Shown: positions 1-9,970 of the stretch, piece by piece
How the letters are laid out: each line of letters begins with the position of its first letter
Position numbering within the stretch: position 1 is the first letter of the stretch
Assembly: GCA_965224485.1 (NCBI GenBank)
Contig: CBDCZH010000019.1
Coordinates: forward strand, 167,178 to 231,177
Direction: 5' to 3'
DNA length: 64,000 nt
From: Arcobacteraceae bacterium
Lineage (GTDB): Bacteria; Campylobacterota; Campylobacteria; Campylobacterales; Arcobacteraceae
Made by a program: the position numbers and the translations under genes
The notes under the pieces: generated by a model
The model's input: the letters and a program-made list of their open reading frames with translations, nothing else
Databases searched by the model: none
What the model was told of the DNA's origin: nothing

Positions 1-32
1 ATATCTTTTACTTTATAATCATAAATATTCAT
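1..32 (-). CDS. Glutathione peroxidase, N-terminal fragment (runs off window)
   Basis: Manual translation MNIYDYKVKD.. after an AAAGGAG RBS; ATG overlaps the stop of the upstream gene (ATGA). Typical Gpx N-terminus, but only 10 codons are visible. Confidence 0.55.
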   Translation of the reverse strand, partial: MNIYDYKVKD

Positions 33-409
33 AATAACTCCTTTCTTTTTGTATACAAATAAGCCCAAAATATAAGAATCAACTGTATTGGCAATCTTAT
101 TAAAAGTGAAGTTTCACTCATATCAGGAAAATCACTATGATTAAAATACATATTTACATTTGCTGGGAAAATAGCTATAAAAAGTAAGATGATTCCAATA
201 GCTGCTACTCTTGTAGTTCTTGGAACAAGTAATAATATACCTAAAAAGATTTCTAATATTCCACTTGCATACACAATAAACTCATGAAAAGGAAGATAAG
301 TGGGAACAGCTTTCAAATAAAATTCTGTTATTGTAAAATGAGCACTTCCTGCAACTATTAATAGTATTCCTAATAAATACTTAAACACAAAATAAACTAT
401 TTTTTTCAT
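29..409 (-). CDS. DoxX-like membrane protein
   Basis: Hydrophobic 126 aa with AHF, SGILEI, AIFPANV and RLPIQ motifs. Confidence 0.75.
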   Translation of the reverse strand: MKKIVYFVFKYLLGILLIVAGSAHFTITEFYLKAVPTYLPFHEFIVYASGILEIFLGILLLVPRTTRVAAIGIILLFIAIFPANVNMYFNHSDFPDMSETSLLIRLPIQLILIFWAYLYTKRKELL

Positions 410-422
410 ACCTTATCCTATT

Positions 423-1052
423 TTAATCTATAAATTCAACTACATCTTCAAAAGGTAGTCTTAATTGTTCTGATTGAGCATTTAATCTATATCCAAAAGG
501 TAAAACCATAGATAACTGATATTTTTTTGAATCAAGGCCTAAAGCTTCTTCAACTTTATTCTTATCATAACCTTCTATTGGACAAGAGTCAATTCCAATA
601 AAAGCAGCAGCAGTCATCATATTAGCAGCTGCAAAAGCTGATTGTTTTGAAGTCCAAGCATAAATGTTTTCATCACTACTTAATGTATCTTTTAAATGCC
701 CCGCATAAAGACCCATATAAAAATCAAGTGTATCTTTTGAACTTTTACTTCTTAAAAATCTTTTTCTTACCTCTCCTGATTCCACTTTTACACTGTTTAT
801 TCCTGCTAATACTATTACAAGATGAGAACAAGATGTTATTTGAGCTTGATCCCAACAAAGAGGTTTTAATTTTTCTTTTAATTCATCATTTGTAATAACT
901 AAAAACTTCCAAGCTTCCATACCAAAAGAAGATGGTGATTTTCTTGCACTTTGCAGAATAAATTTTATATCTTCATCTGATATCTTTTTTGTATCATCAA
1001 ATACTTTACAAGCATGTCTAAAATCCATTGCTTTCATAAATTCATTTTTCAT
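423..1052 (-). CDS. NAD(P)H nitroreductase (NfsB-like)
   Basis: RHACKVFD, SPSSFGMEAW and GIDSCPIEG nitroreductase motifs. Confidence 0.9.
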   Translation of the reverse strand: MKNEFMKAMDFRHACKVFDDTKKISDEDIKFILQSARKSPSSFGMEAWKFLVITNDELKEKLKPLCWDQAQITSCSHLVIVLAGINSVKVESGEVRKRFLRSKSSKDTLDFYMGLYAGHLKDTLSSDENIYAWTSKQSAFAAANMMTAAAFIGIDSCPIEGYDKNKVEEALGLDSKKYQLSMVLPFGYRLNAQSEQLRLPFEDVVEFID

Positions 1053-1064
1053 ATTCTAAGCCTT

Positions 1065-1355
1065 TTATATTTTTTTTAATTTACTAATTTTTAAATATTC
1101 TAATTTATTATCTACACTTTTAATAAATAAATTAAAGTGTTCTTTTTTCATATGCTTATCTAAAAACTCTTCGTTTTCCCAAGTTTCAATAAAAGTAAAA
1201 CTATTTTCATCATCTAAATCTTTGTGTAAATCATATTGAATATACCCTTCATCATTTTCCTTGGTACTTTTTTGTACATTTACCAATAAAGAATAAATCT
1301 CTTTTGTAAACTCTTCTTTAATTTTAATACTTGCTAGTATTGTTATGTTTGACAA
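1065..1355 (-). CDS. Putative quinol monooxygenase (ABM domain)
   Basis: 96 aa; DEGYIQYDLH, FIETW and HMKKEHF pattern; TTG start with GGAG RBS. Confidence 0.8.
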   Translation of the reverse strand: MSNITILASIKIKEEFTKEIYSLLVNVQKSTKENDEGYIQYDLHKDLDDENSFTFIETWENEEFLDKHMKKEHFNLFIKSVDNKLEYLKISKLKKI

Positions 1356-1374
1356 ATTAACTCCTAAGTATATT

Positions 1375-2519
1375 TTATGCTTTTTCTAATATTTCAATTA
1401 TTGCCTCTTTTGGATATAAGTCATCAAAGCCCCATACTTTTGCTAAAGCATTTGCATTTTTAGCTAAATCATTTATTTTATTTTTTGGAATATTTAATTG
1501 CTCTAAAGTAGTAGGTGCACCAATTTTACTAAACCAATTTTCAAATTTTTGTATTCCAATATTTTCATCATCACTATTAAAAATCTCTTTGAGAATCTTC
1601 TAAATTGAGATATATTTTGATCTTTATACCATTTCATCCATGCAGGAATAACAACAGCTAAACCAGCCCCATGTGCTACATTAAATAAAGCAGATAGAGA
1701 ATGTTCTATCATATGATTAGGAAAAGTTCCACCTAGTGTTCCTGCTGGTGTTAGACCATTTAATCCTTGAATAGCAGCCCATGCAAACTCAGCACGTGCA
1801 TCATAATCATTTGGATTTTCTAATAAAACTTCTGTTGTTTCTATAATTGTTTTAATAATTGATTCAACAAGTCTTGAGTTAAAAGTAGGATGAGAACTTG
1901 CTGTAAAATAAACTTCTATACAGTGAGAAATAACGTCAACTGCAGAGTATGCTAAATACTCTTTAGATACAGTAGCCATTAATTCTGGATTTATTACAGA
2001 TACTTTTGGGTTTAAAAGAACTGATGCTATTGAATATTTTTGCTTTGTATCATCATTTATAATAACAGCATTTCCATTCATTTCACTAGCAGTTGCACTA
2101 AGTGTCATAACTGTAAAAACAGGTAAAGCAAGAGATATTTCTACTTTATTAATAAAAAAGTCCCAAACATCTCCTTTATATTTAGTTCCAAGAGCAATAG
2201 CTTTAGCACTATCAGCTACTGAACCACCACCTACTCCTAAAATAGCATCAATATTATTATCTTTAGCTAGTTTAATTCCTTCATTTACTTTACTTAATAA
2301 AGGATTACTAACAACTCCTTGAAGTTCTTCAAATTCTATATCGTTTTTTTTAAGTGAGTTTATGATTTTTTCATAAAGACCATTTTTTTTAATACTACTA
2401 GCTCCATAAACTAATAATACTTTTTTAATACTGGCTTCTTTTAAATATTCACCTATCTTGTTTTCTTTGGCTTTACCAAACTCTATTCTTGTTGGATTGT
2501 AATATGTAAAATTATTCAT
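1375..2519 (-). CDS. Iron-containing alcohol dehydrogenase (BdhA/YqhD-like), frameshifted near 1590
   Basis: GGGSVAD, ATASEMN, HMIEHSLS and HGAGLA motifs. Adding one A near 1590 restores a normal C-terminus (..IGAPTTL..ILEKA*) ending at 1375. Confidence 0.85.
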
Positions 2520-2541
2520 GCTAACCTTTCTTTTCTTGAAA

Positions 2542-2592
2542 ATTATATACCTTTAATACTTAAATATCCCTTACATTACTTTAGGTAAGTAA
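2542..2592 (-). promoter_or_regulatory. Promoter (TATAAT, TTTAAG) with putative HxlR/DUF24 operator, copy 1
   Basis: 2558-2592 matches 4767-4801 at 32/35 nt; contains TACT-N7-AGTA. Confidence 0.7.
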
Positions 2593-2597
2593 CATCT

Positions 2598-3368
2598 TTA
2601 TATTTCAAATAATAAATCAGTTCTTATAACATATTTAATTCCTGATGTAATTAGTGCTGAACTATGTAAACAGTGTAAAGGATGAAGTCCATGAGGAAAA
2701 CAAAGTACTGCCCCAGCTGGTGTTCTAATATTTACAATATTTACTTGTGTTATATCTCTTGTTGGTTTAGAAGAATCATTTTTATCAATAAAAAATTGAG
2801 TTTCCCCTCCTTCAAAATCCTCACTTAAAAAAATAAGAAAGGTCATTTGACTAAATCTATCGTCGTAAGCATTATTTAGTAATTTATTATTAACAACAGC
2901 ACTTCCAGGCCAAGCCCCATCACTATGAACCTTAAAAAAATCACCTTCTTCATATTTATAAAAACGAAATCTTTTGTTTATTCCTAAGGCTTTTTTATTC
3001 TCAAAAATTCCTTTTTTATCAAAAACAAAATCTTTTACTCTATTCCAAATTATATTATGAGTTTCTTCATCTATTATCCAAGTTAAGGTTTCATTATGTC
3101 TTATATCTCTTGCTAGAGAAACTGCTGCATCTTTATTATAAGCTAAGTTTTCACTTGTTTCTATGATTTTTTTACACTCAGTTTTTGAGAAAACATTTAA
3201 TAACTGAAAAGCACCTGGAACATTTTTTACCTCAAGTCTTGTAACTTTACTTTCATTTAAAGAAAGTGGAATTGTATTCTTTGTTTTATTTGCCCAAGCG
3301 GGTAAAGAAGGACTAAAAGAACCCATTTCTCTTGCAACAACATAAAAATCAGATTCTATTGTACTCAT
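2598..3368 (-). CDS. 2OG-Fe(II) oxygenase (prolyl-4-hydroxylase-like)
   Basis: RFYKY..FKVHSDG (HxD), GGET, LHSS (distal His) and KYVIRTD. Confidence 0.85.
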   Translation of the reverse strand: MSTIESDFYVVAREMGSFSPSLPAWANKTKNTIPLSLNESKVTRLEVKNVPGAFQLLNVFSKTECKKIIETSENLAYNKDAAVSLARDIRHNETLTWIIDEETHNIIWNRVKDFVFDKKGIFENKKALGINKRFRFYKYEEGDFFKVHSDGAWPGSAVVNNKLLNNAYDDRFSQMTFLIFLSEDFEGGETQFFIDKNDSSKPTRDITQVNIVNIRTPAGAVLCFPHGLHPLHCLHSSALITSGIKYVIRTDLLFEI

Positions 3369-4723
3369 CTTTGAGACTTTGTAATTACTTTTACTTGAGT
3401 AAATTGTCTATGTCCATCTGGTGAACCGTGATAACCAAAACCACTTTTTTTAGCTCCAACCCAAGGTGTATCTCCAATAGAACCACTGCCTTGGTTAATA
3501 CCTAACATTCCAGCATCTAATTGTTTAGCTATTATGTCTACATCTTTTACTCCAAAAATCGATGCACCTAAAGCAAACTCACTACTATTTGCTCTTTTTA
3601 TAACATCTTGTACTTCAGTAAAAGAACTAATTGAAACAATAGGTCCAAAAGTTTCTTCAGTAAAAAGTAACATATCATCAGTAATATTACTTAAAACACT
3701 AGGAGTAATAAAAGCATCTGGATGAGAAGTGGCACCTAATAAAACATTAGCACCTTTATCTTTAGCATCTTGTATTTGATTTAAAATATTATCTCTTTGT
3801 TTTTTATTAATAATAGGACCAATATCAGCTTGCTCATCATCCCAAGTTCCCATTTTATATTGCTGTGCATATTCAAGAACCTTATCTTCAAAAACTTTTA
3901 ATACATTTTTATGAACAAAAATTCTTTCAGTTGAAGTACACATTTGACCAGAATTCTCATAACTACTAGCAACAGCAAATCTAGCAGCACTACTTATATT
4001 TGCATCTTCTAATACTATTAAAGGGTCTTTACCACCTAGTTCCATAATTAATCTCTTAAGAGAAGAAGCTGCATTTTTCATAATATCAATACCAGCATCC
4101 TTAGAACCTGTAAAAGCAATAAGATCAACATCAGAACAAACCAAAGTTTTACCTTGTTTCTCATCACCATGAATTATTTGTAAAACATCACTTGGTAAGA
4201 TTTCATTTAAAATATCAACATAAGCTTGAGCTATTAAAGGTGTTTCTTCTGAGGGTTTAAAAACAACACTATTTCCGGCAACTAAAGCTGGAATAATTAA
4301 CCAATGAGCCATCGATAAAGGATAATTCCAAGGAGCAATAACAGCACATACACCTAAAGCATTGTATTGCATTTTTGTACTTAATCCATAAGCTTGAAAT
4401 ACTTGTGTTTGAATTGCTTTTTTTATCTCACTTGCTTTGTGCTCAACATCATTAGCACAACCTGATACTTCACCAAGTGATCTATTTAAGCTTTTTCCCA
4501 TCTCTTTACTTAATAAAACAGCTAAGGGTTGGATTTTTTCTTCTAATTTGTTTGCTGCTTTAACTACAAGTTCTATTCTTTCATCAATTGATAAATTCTG
4601 CCATTTGTTTTGAGCTATTTTAGATTTATTTACTATTTCATCTATTTCACTAACATTTGTAACGTTAACTTCACCTATAAATTCTTGATTTACAGGATTA
4701 AATGATTTTAAAAATTCATTCAT
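3365..4723 (-). CDS. Aldehyde dehydrogenase
   Basis: PWNYP, FTGS, MELGGKDP, GQMCTS and EETFGP motifs. Confidence 0.95.
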   Translation of the reverse strand: MNEFLKSFNPVNQEFIGEVNVTNVSEIDEIVNKSKIAQNKWQNLSIDERIELVVKAANKLEEKIQPLAVLLSKEMGKSLNRSLGEVSGCANDVEHKASEIKKAIQTQVFQAYGLSTKMQYNALGVCAVIAPWNYPLSMAHWLIIPALVAGNSVVFKPSEETPLIAQAYVDILNEILPSDVLQIIHGDEKQGKTLVCSDVDLIAFTGSKDAGIDIMKNAASSLKRLIMELGGKDPLIVLEDANISSAARFAVASSYENSGQMCTSTERIFVHKNVLKVFEDKVLEYAQQYKMGTWDDEQADIGPIINKKQRDNILNQIQDAKDKGANVLLGATSHPDAFITPSVLSNITDDMLLFTEETFGPIVSISSFTEVQDVIKRANSSEFALGASIFGVKDVDIIAKQLDAGMLGINQGSGSIGDTPWVGAKKSGFGYHGSPDGHRQFTQVKVITKSQR

Positions 4724-4750
4724 CTTTTATCCTCTGTTTTATTTTGGAGG

Positions 4751-4801
4751 ATTATATAGGTATACAACTTAAATTTCCCTTACAATACTTTATGTAAGTA
4801 A
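4751..4801 (-). promoter_or_regulatory. Promoter with putative HxlR/DUF24 operator, copy 2
   Basis: Near-identical to 2558-2592; lies between the divergent ALDH and regulator genes. Confidence 0.7.
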
Positions 4802-4851
4802 TGATGTTTTAAGTAATTTAAAGATATAATTTTTTCAAGTAAAGGATTTTA

Positions 4852-5220
4852 ATGTATTATATAAATGATAAAGAGTACAAATGTTCAGTTTCTGTAACAA
4901 TGGATATTTTTAATGATAGATGGAAACTAGCTGTTATTTGGTACTTATTAGAAAATGACAAAAGATTTAAAGAATTATGTGAAGATATACATGAAATAAG
5001 TCAAAAAACTCTTACTATAAAATTAAAAGAGTTAGAAGAAAAAAATATTATAAAAAGAGAAGTATTCGCTCAAGTACCTCCAAAAGTAGTTTATTCACTT
5101 ACTCCAATAGGAATAAAATTAAAACCTGTTCTTAAAGAGATGTTAGAATGGGGAATAGAATATGTAAAAGAAAATGGGAAAATTACAGAAGATAAGACTT
5201 GTAAAAGTACTGTTTCTTAA
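4852..5220 (+). CDS. HxlR/DUF24 (MarR-like wHTH) transcriptional regulator
   Basis: N-terminal Cys (YKCSV), RWK, KRFKEL, LKELE and VPPKVVYSLTP. Confidence 0.9.
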   Translation: MYYINDKEYKCSVSVTMDIFNDRWKLAVIWYLLENDKRFKELCEDIHEISQKTLTIKLKELEEKNIIKREVFAQVPPKVVYSLTPIGIKLKPVLKEMLEWGIEYVKENGKITEDKTCKSTVS

Positions 5221-5228
5221 GGATTAGA

Positions 5229-5254
5229 AGGGTTAAAGTTAAGAACTTAACCCT
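5229..5254. terminator. Hairpin between convergent genes
   Basis: agggttaaagtt-aag-aacttaaccct imperfect inverted repeat. Confidence 0.55.
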
Positions 5255-5263
5255 AGTAAATTA

Positions 5264-5839
5264 TTAAATATTTTTAAGTAAATTTTTTTCTTCTTCTTCA
5301 CTAAGAAAACGCCACTCTCCACTTTTAACATCAAGGTTAAAACTAGAAATACTAATTCTTTTTAATTCTAAAACTTTTAAGGGTGTTCCAAATTTAGGAT
5401 CTTTAAGAGCTCCAAAAAGTCGTCTTATATGACGATTTTTTCCCTCATCAATCTCAACTCTAAGTTTTGTTTTAGCACCACCTATTCCAATTTTACTAAC
5501 ACTTAAAGCTTTTAATAAACCATATTTACTTGGAATCCCAGACATAGCTTGAGAAATATGCTCATCTGTAACATGTCCCCTAATCCAAATTTCATATACT
5601 TTTATACAATTACCTGGTTTAGTTAAAACATTACCAATTTTACCATTACGTGTAAATAATAAAAGTCCTTTAGAATCCAAATCAAGACGACCAATAGGCA
5701 TCCATTGTTCAGTAAAAACCCAAGAAGGTAAAAGATCATAAACTGTTTTTCGCCCTAGTTCATCAGATCTTGTAACAATATAAGCCTTAGGTTTATTTAA
5801 AACTAAGAGGTTTTTCTGGTTTTTGCTTGTTTCATTCAT
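5264..5839 (-). CDS. rRNA pseudouridine synthase, RsuA/RluE-like (no S4 domain)
   Basis: LNKP, GRLDLDSKGLLL and EGKNRHIRR motifs. Confidence 0.9.
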   Translation of the reverse strand: MNETSKNQKNLLVLNKPKAYIVTRSDELGRKTVYDLLPSWVFTEQWMPIGRLDLDSKGLLLFTRNGKIGNVLTKPGNCIKVYEIWIRGHVTDEHISQAMSGIPSKYGLLKALSVSKIGIGGAKTKLRVEIDEGKNRHIRRLFGALKDPKFGTPLKVLELKRISISSFNLDVKSGEWRFLSEEEEKNLLKNI

Positions 5840-6172
5840 TAAATATAGTCCTTTGATTTGGTAAAAAGCCCTAAAATTAAAATTGTTATTAGTGGTAAAA
5901 AATCTTGCATTTTAAAATAAATGTATTATTATAATAATATTACAGAGACAATTTTTTTCTTAGTATAGCTAATTAACTATATGCCAACATAAGTAAAGCC
6001 TGATAATTTTTTTAAATTTCTATACTTATAAATAATGTAAGTCTAAATTGATATTCGAACCCTTTGTATTAAAGTTTTACTATTAATCTTATATTAAATA
6101 ATTTATTTCTATTTTTAAGTTTTTTTTAAATATAATCTAAGTGTTATATAAATATTTTAAAAGGATATACCT

Positions 6173-6346
6173 ATGAGTGCCGAAAAAAAAGCAAGTACAG
6201 CCCTAGCAAGAGCGCAAGTTGCAAACAACAATATTGAAGTAATTATGGATTTCTTAAAAGATTTACCAATGACCTTAACTCTAGATCATAATCAATCAGC
6301 AGCTTATAAAAAAGCTTATGATTCTCTAAAAGAAAGAACTCATTAG
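6173..6346 (+). CDS. Small hypothetical protein, 57 aa (below the ORF track cutoff)
   Basis: MSAEKKASTALARAQVANNNIEVIMDFLKD..ERTH*; AAGGA RBS and TTTAAG..TATAAT promoter upstream. Confidence 0.65.
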   Translation: MSAEKKASTALARAQVANNNIEVIMDFLKDLPMTLTLDHNQSAAYKKAYDSLKERTH

Positions 6347-6496
6347 TCTTTTTAATTAAAAAAAAGAAATAAAGAAGAGTAGTTCTATATGAGTATAAGG
6401 CAGTAGCTTAATTAAATTTTATGCTACTGTCCAAGTTTATTAAAAAAATAATTTCATACTTTAAACTTAAAAATAAGATACTTTTTTCTCTTAAAA

Positions 6497-6856
6497 CTAA
6501 GCATTCGATAATAGTTTGGCTTTTTCTTTTTTACTTAATTTATTTACTACTAAATCATAAGATTCATTTATCATATCAATTAAAATATCATCTTGCATTG
6601 AACCATCTATACTTATAGTATTCCAATGTTTTTTATTCATATGATAGCCTTCCTTTACACACTCGTATATATCTCGATAAGCAAGAGCATCTTGAGGTAA
6701 ACATTTTAAATTTATTCTAAGTTGATTTTCTTTATAAGCTAATAAAGCAAACATTTTATTCATAACTTTAAAAACCATAATATCGTCATTAAATGGAAAT
6801 TCTTTATTTGAAGATTTTTTTGAAATAAGTATTTTTTCTAATTCTTCTAAATTCAT
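6497..6856 (-). CDS. MmcQ/YjbR family DNA-binding protein
   Basis: VFKVMNKMFA, NLKC and GYHMNKKHWNT. Confidence 0.9.
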   Translation of the reverse strand: MNLEELEKILISKKSSNKEFPFNDDIMVFKVMNKMFALLAYKENQLRINLKCLPQDALAYRDIYECVKEGYHMNKKHWNTISIDGSMQDDILIDMINESYDLVVNKLSKKEKAKLLSNA

Positions 6857-6958
6857 TTCTTAGCTCCTATTATTCTTATATTTATAATATAAGTATTTAG
6901 TTTAGTAAAAAAAGTCTAGTGGTTAATCTTTTGTTCTATTATTTATACTAAGATTATT

Positions 6959-7237
6959 TTAATTAAAAGTTTCTATAAACTTCCTTGTTTTAATATTTTT
7001 AATTTTTCTTAATTTAGTATTTGAAAAAATACTTTTTAATTCCTCAATAGTAAAAATATTTTTCAATAAATCGCAATCAATATCTTTTAATACCTTATCT
7101 TTAACTGTTTCAAAAGAAAGAGGAAAAAGATCATCATTTTTACTAATTAAGATATTATAAACATCAAAAGCATTCATACTATAATCAGAACACACTTTTT
7201 CTAAATGATGAACATATTCATTTTTATCAACTTGCAT
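6959..7237 (-). CDS. Hypothetical protein
   Basis: 92 aa ORF with AAGGA RBS; family not recognised. Confidence 0.6.
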   Translation of the reverse strand: MQVDKNEYVHHLEKVCSDYSMNAFDVYNILISKNDDLFPLSFETVKDKVLKDIDCDLLKNIFTIEELKSIFSNTKLRKIKNIKTRKFIETFN

Positions 7238-7341
7238 TTATTTCCTTTATTTTTAATTCTACTTTGTAAGTCAAACTTGAAGCGATAATCATCACATTAA
7301 TACCCTTGTTCTTCTTACAATATTTTCCTATATACCCATCT

Positions 7342-7756
7342 TTATATTAGCTTATCTTTTTTAGTTATTGTCCAAGCTGAATTATGTTGAGTGAATCCAA
7401 GAAGAGGATAATACTCTTTTGCAGTAGGTGCTGAGAGTAATATAATTTTACATTTAGCATTCAATTGTTCTTGAACTTTTGAAATAAGTTTTTTTCCAAT
7501 ACCGTTTTTTTTGATATTCTTTATCTACTGCTAAGTCTGATAGATAACAACAATAAGTAAAATCTGTTACTGCTCTTGCAATACCAATGATTTTATTATT
7601 TATATTAGCTGTAATAATAATATCTGCATTTTTAAGCATACCTTTGATTGTTTCTAAATCATCAATAGGTCTTCTTTCTCCTAATGTTGAATTTTTCAAT
7701 ATTTCAATAAATTCTAATGATGTGATATTTTTGTTTAGTTTATATTCAATATTCAA
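7342..7756 (-). CDS. GNAT N-acetyltransferase, frameshifted in an A8 run (about 7505-7512)
   Basis: CYLSDLAV; removing one A gives QKNGIGKKL..LLSAP..YYPLLGF..SAW ending at 7342. Confidence 0.8.
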
Positions 7757-7994
7757 GTAATACTCCTTTAATCTAAGATTTGAGTTCTTTGCAAGAACTT
7801 ATTCTATTTCTCTTATTTACTAACTATTTTATTCTTCTTAAATAAGAGCTCTTAAGACTAGCAAGAAATTTTTTATTAAATTTCTTCCTTGAATGTTTTA
7901 ATAAATTTTATTTTAGCATTATTTATAATAATTTGATATTTTAAAAATTGAAATTATCAGCTATAATACTGCAGTTTATTTTAAAGGCAAGATT

Positions 7995-8797
7995 ATGGCA
8001 TTACAAAAGTGGGAAATATTTCAAGATGAAGCAACAGATTTTTTAAATAAATATTTTAATGCTAATTTTAAAATGGAAGGTGGATATGATGCAACAACAT
8101 CCCATATAACAGTAAGAAATGTAAATCAAGTTATAACAACTATTGAAGCAAAGTTTGGTTCAACTCAAGCAGGACAAATAGTATTAATAGCAGATAATAA
8201 TAAATTTAGCTTTTGTGATAAAAGTAAAAATGAATCCAATTTGTATACACAAAAAATAATAAAATATTTAAATTCTAATTATTCATTATTTGCAGGAGTT
8301 AATACAGCATCTATTCATGTAGATATTGAGAATAGTATCCTGTTTAATTGGGTAAAAACAATTTATAATGAAAAAAAATGTTGAATGGATTATATCCTCA
8401 AAAAAGTTTTAAGAATTTAAGTTTAAATGATTTACTTTTTATTCCAATAAATGAAATAGAAAAATACTTTGATATTAGTCTTGTATTTAGAAGAAAAAAA
8501 ATTGGAAATACTCAAATACCAGGTAAAGATATAATGGATTTTAAAGAAGAAATGGATTTTATAAGTAAAGACTACACAATAAAAAAAACCAATAACAAAT
8601 ATTTATTAACAATGAATTCAAGACTATCTAATTTAAATATTGGAAGTAGATATTTATTAAGTATTACAAATGTACCTTCACAGTATTATATAAAGAAAAA
8701 AGATATAAATACTAATCCTAATATTATGTTTCAACTAAACTTAAAAGATAGTGTAGAATTTAAAGGTACACAATTTAAAGAAAGTTATTCTTTATAA
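7995..8797 (+). pseudogene. Putative PD-(D/E)XK nuclease / restriction endonuclease-like gene split by frameshifts
   Basis: Two abutting ORFs joined at A-runs (8371-8406); WE..E helix, GGxDxTxS(H)I and IEAK...Q pattern. Confidence 0.45.
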
Positions 8798-8888
8798 TTT
8801 TGTGTAAACATTGACTTAATAAGGAGTGTTCAATAATATATATAAAGTCATTTTATATAGAATACTACTGCCTTATTACTTACATTAA

Positions 8889-9464
8889 TTAGGTATTACG
8901 TTCCCCTAATTTCAATTCATTATACGTTTTCTGAAAATTTAAATACTCAGAATAAACTAATTTAGCCCTAATTCGTTCTTGTTCTGAAAGAACAAAGTTA
9001 TTACTCTTATCTAACATAGCTTTAATATTATCTTGAATATAAAAATCATAATTCATTAGACTATAATCAATTTTAATAACTGAAACTGCTCCAGTAAGTG
9101 GATTAACTTTTGTTCTTAATATATTAAAACTGCTTAATGAATCTGAAAAATCAACTCTAACCCTATCTAAATCTATATTTGCATATGTATCAAAAAGTGC
9201 TTTATTAAAATTTTGATTAGGTGTCGATGAAGTTGCCCATAACATATCGTTTACTTGATTTAAATTATTTTTTTGTTCATTTAAGCATTTTGTGTGGACA
9301 ATAGGCTTTCTAAGAAATTCTTCTTTTGATAAGTGTTCTGGTTGCATTACCTTTCGTAACATTTGAACTTTTTCATATGGAAGAGATTTTAATTCCTTCA
9401 AGCTTAAATTATCATCTTTAAGAATATCTTTAAATAATGCTATATCTTCTTTTGATAGAGACAA
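8889..9464 (-). CDS. Hypothetical protein (frame stays open to about 9662)
   Basis: 191 aa ORF plus about 65 stop-free upstream codons. Confidence 0.5.
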   Translation of the reverse strand: MSLSKEDIALFKDILKDDNLSLKELKSLPYEKVQMLRKVMQPEHLSKEEFLRKPIVHTKCLNEQKNNLNQVNDMLWATSSTPNQNFNKALFDTYANIDLDRVRVDFSDSLSSFNILRTKVNPLTGAVSVIKIDYSLMNYDFYIQDNIKAMLDKSNNFVLSEQERIRAKLVYSEYLNFQKTYNELKLGERNT

Positions 9465-9708
9465 GGACTCAAAAACATTATGTTTTTCTAAAAATTTATT
9501 GAATCTTCCTTTTTTACTTTCTTGAACAATATTTTCTTCTTGCTTTAATACTGATTCAAAACTCGCTTCATTTGTTTTTTGATTAGAGGAAATATTTAAA
9601 TCGTTTTTATTATAAGCAGTAGTTTGATAGTCAGTTGATATGTTAATATTAATATCTTTACATTATTTATTTTGTGTAGTTTGAATTTGGGTTTAATTTC
9701 TATAAACA

Positions 9709-9737
9709 AAAAAGGACAGTTAAAAAACTGTCTCTTT
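9709..9737 (-). terminator. Intrinsic terminator of rpsU
   Basis: gacagtt/aactgtc stem followed by a U-tract on the minus strand. Confidence 0.7.
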
Positions 9738-9757
9738 CTATACATTGAATTAAGATA

Positions 9758-9970
9758 TTATAATCTAGCTTCGTATTTTCTTAGCATGTGTAGTTTTTTA
9801 AGCATTTTCTTTTTAGCATTAATTTTTTGCTTTTTCTTAATCTCTGTGTTTGGTTCAAAAAATCTTCTTGCTCTAGCTTCAGTAACAATAAGATTTCTAT
9901 CACATTGTTTCTTAAACTTTCTGTATGCTTCATCAAATGACTCTTGTTCTTTTACTTTAATACCTGGCAT
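9758..9970 (-). CDS. rpsU: 30S ribosomal protein S21
   Basis: [27 protein letters not shown], Campylobacterota-type S21. Confidence 0.97.
   Translation of the reverse strand: MPGIKVKEQESFDEAYRKFKKQCDRNLIVTEARARRFFEPNTEIKKKQKINAKKKMLKKLHMLRKYEARL

Noticed and set aside
5839..5910. 23-codon minus-strand ORF (MQDFLPLITILILGLF..) resembling a LysE N-terminus or leader peptide
   Set aside because: Too short to assign; may be a remnant or chance.
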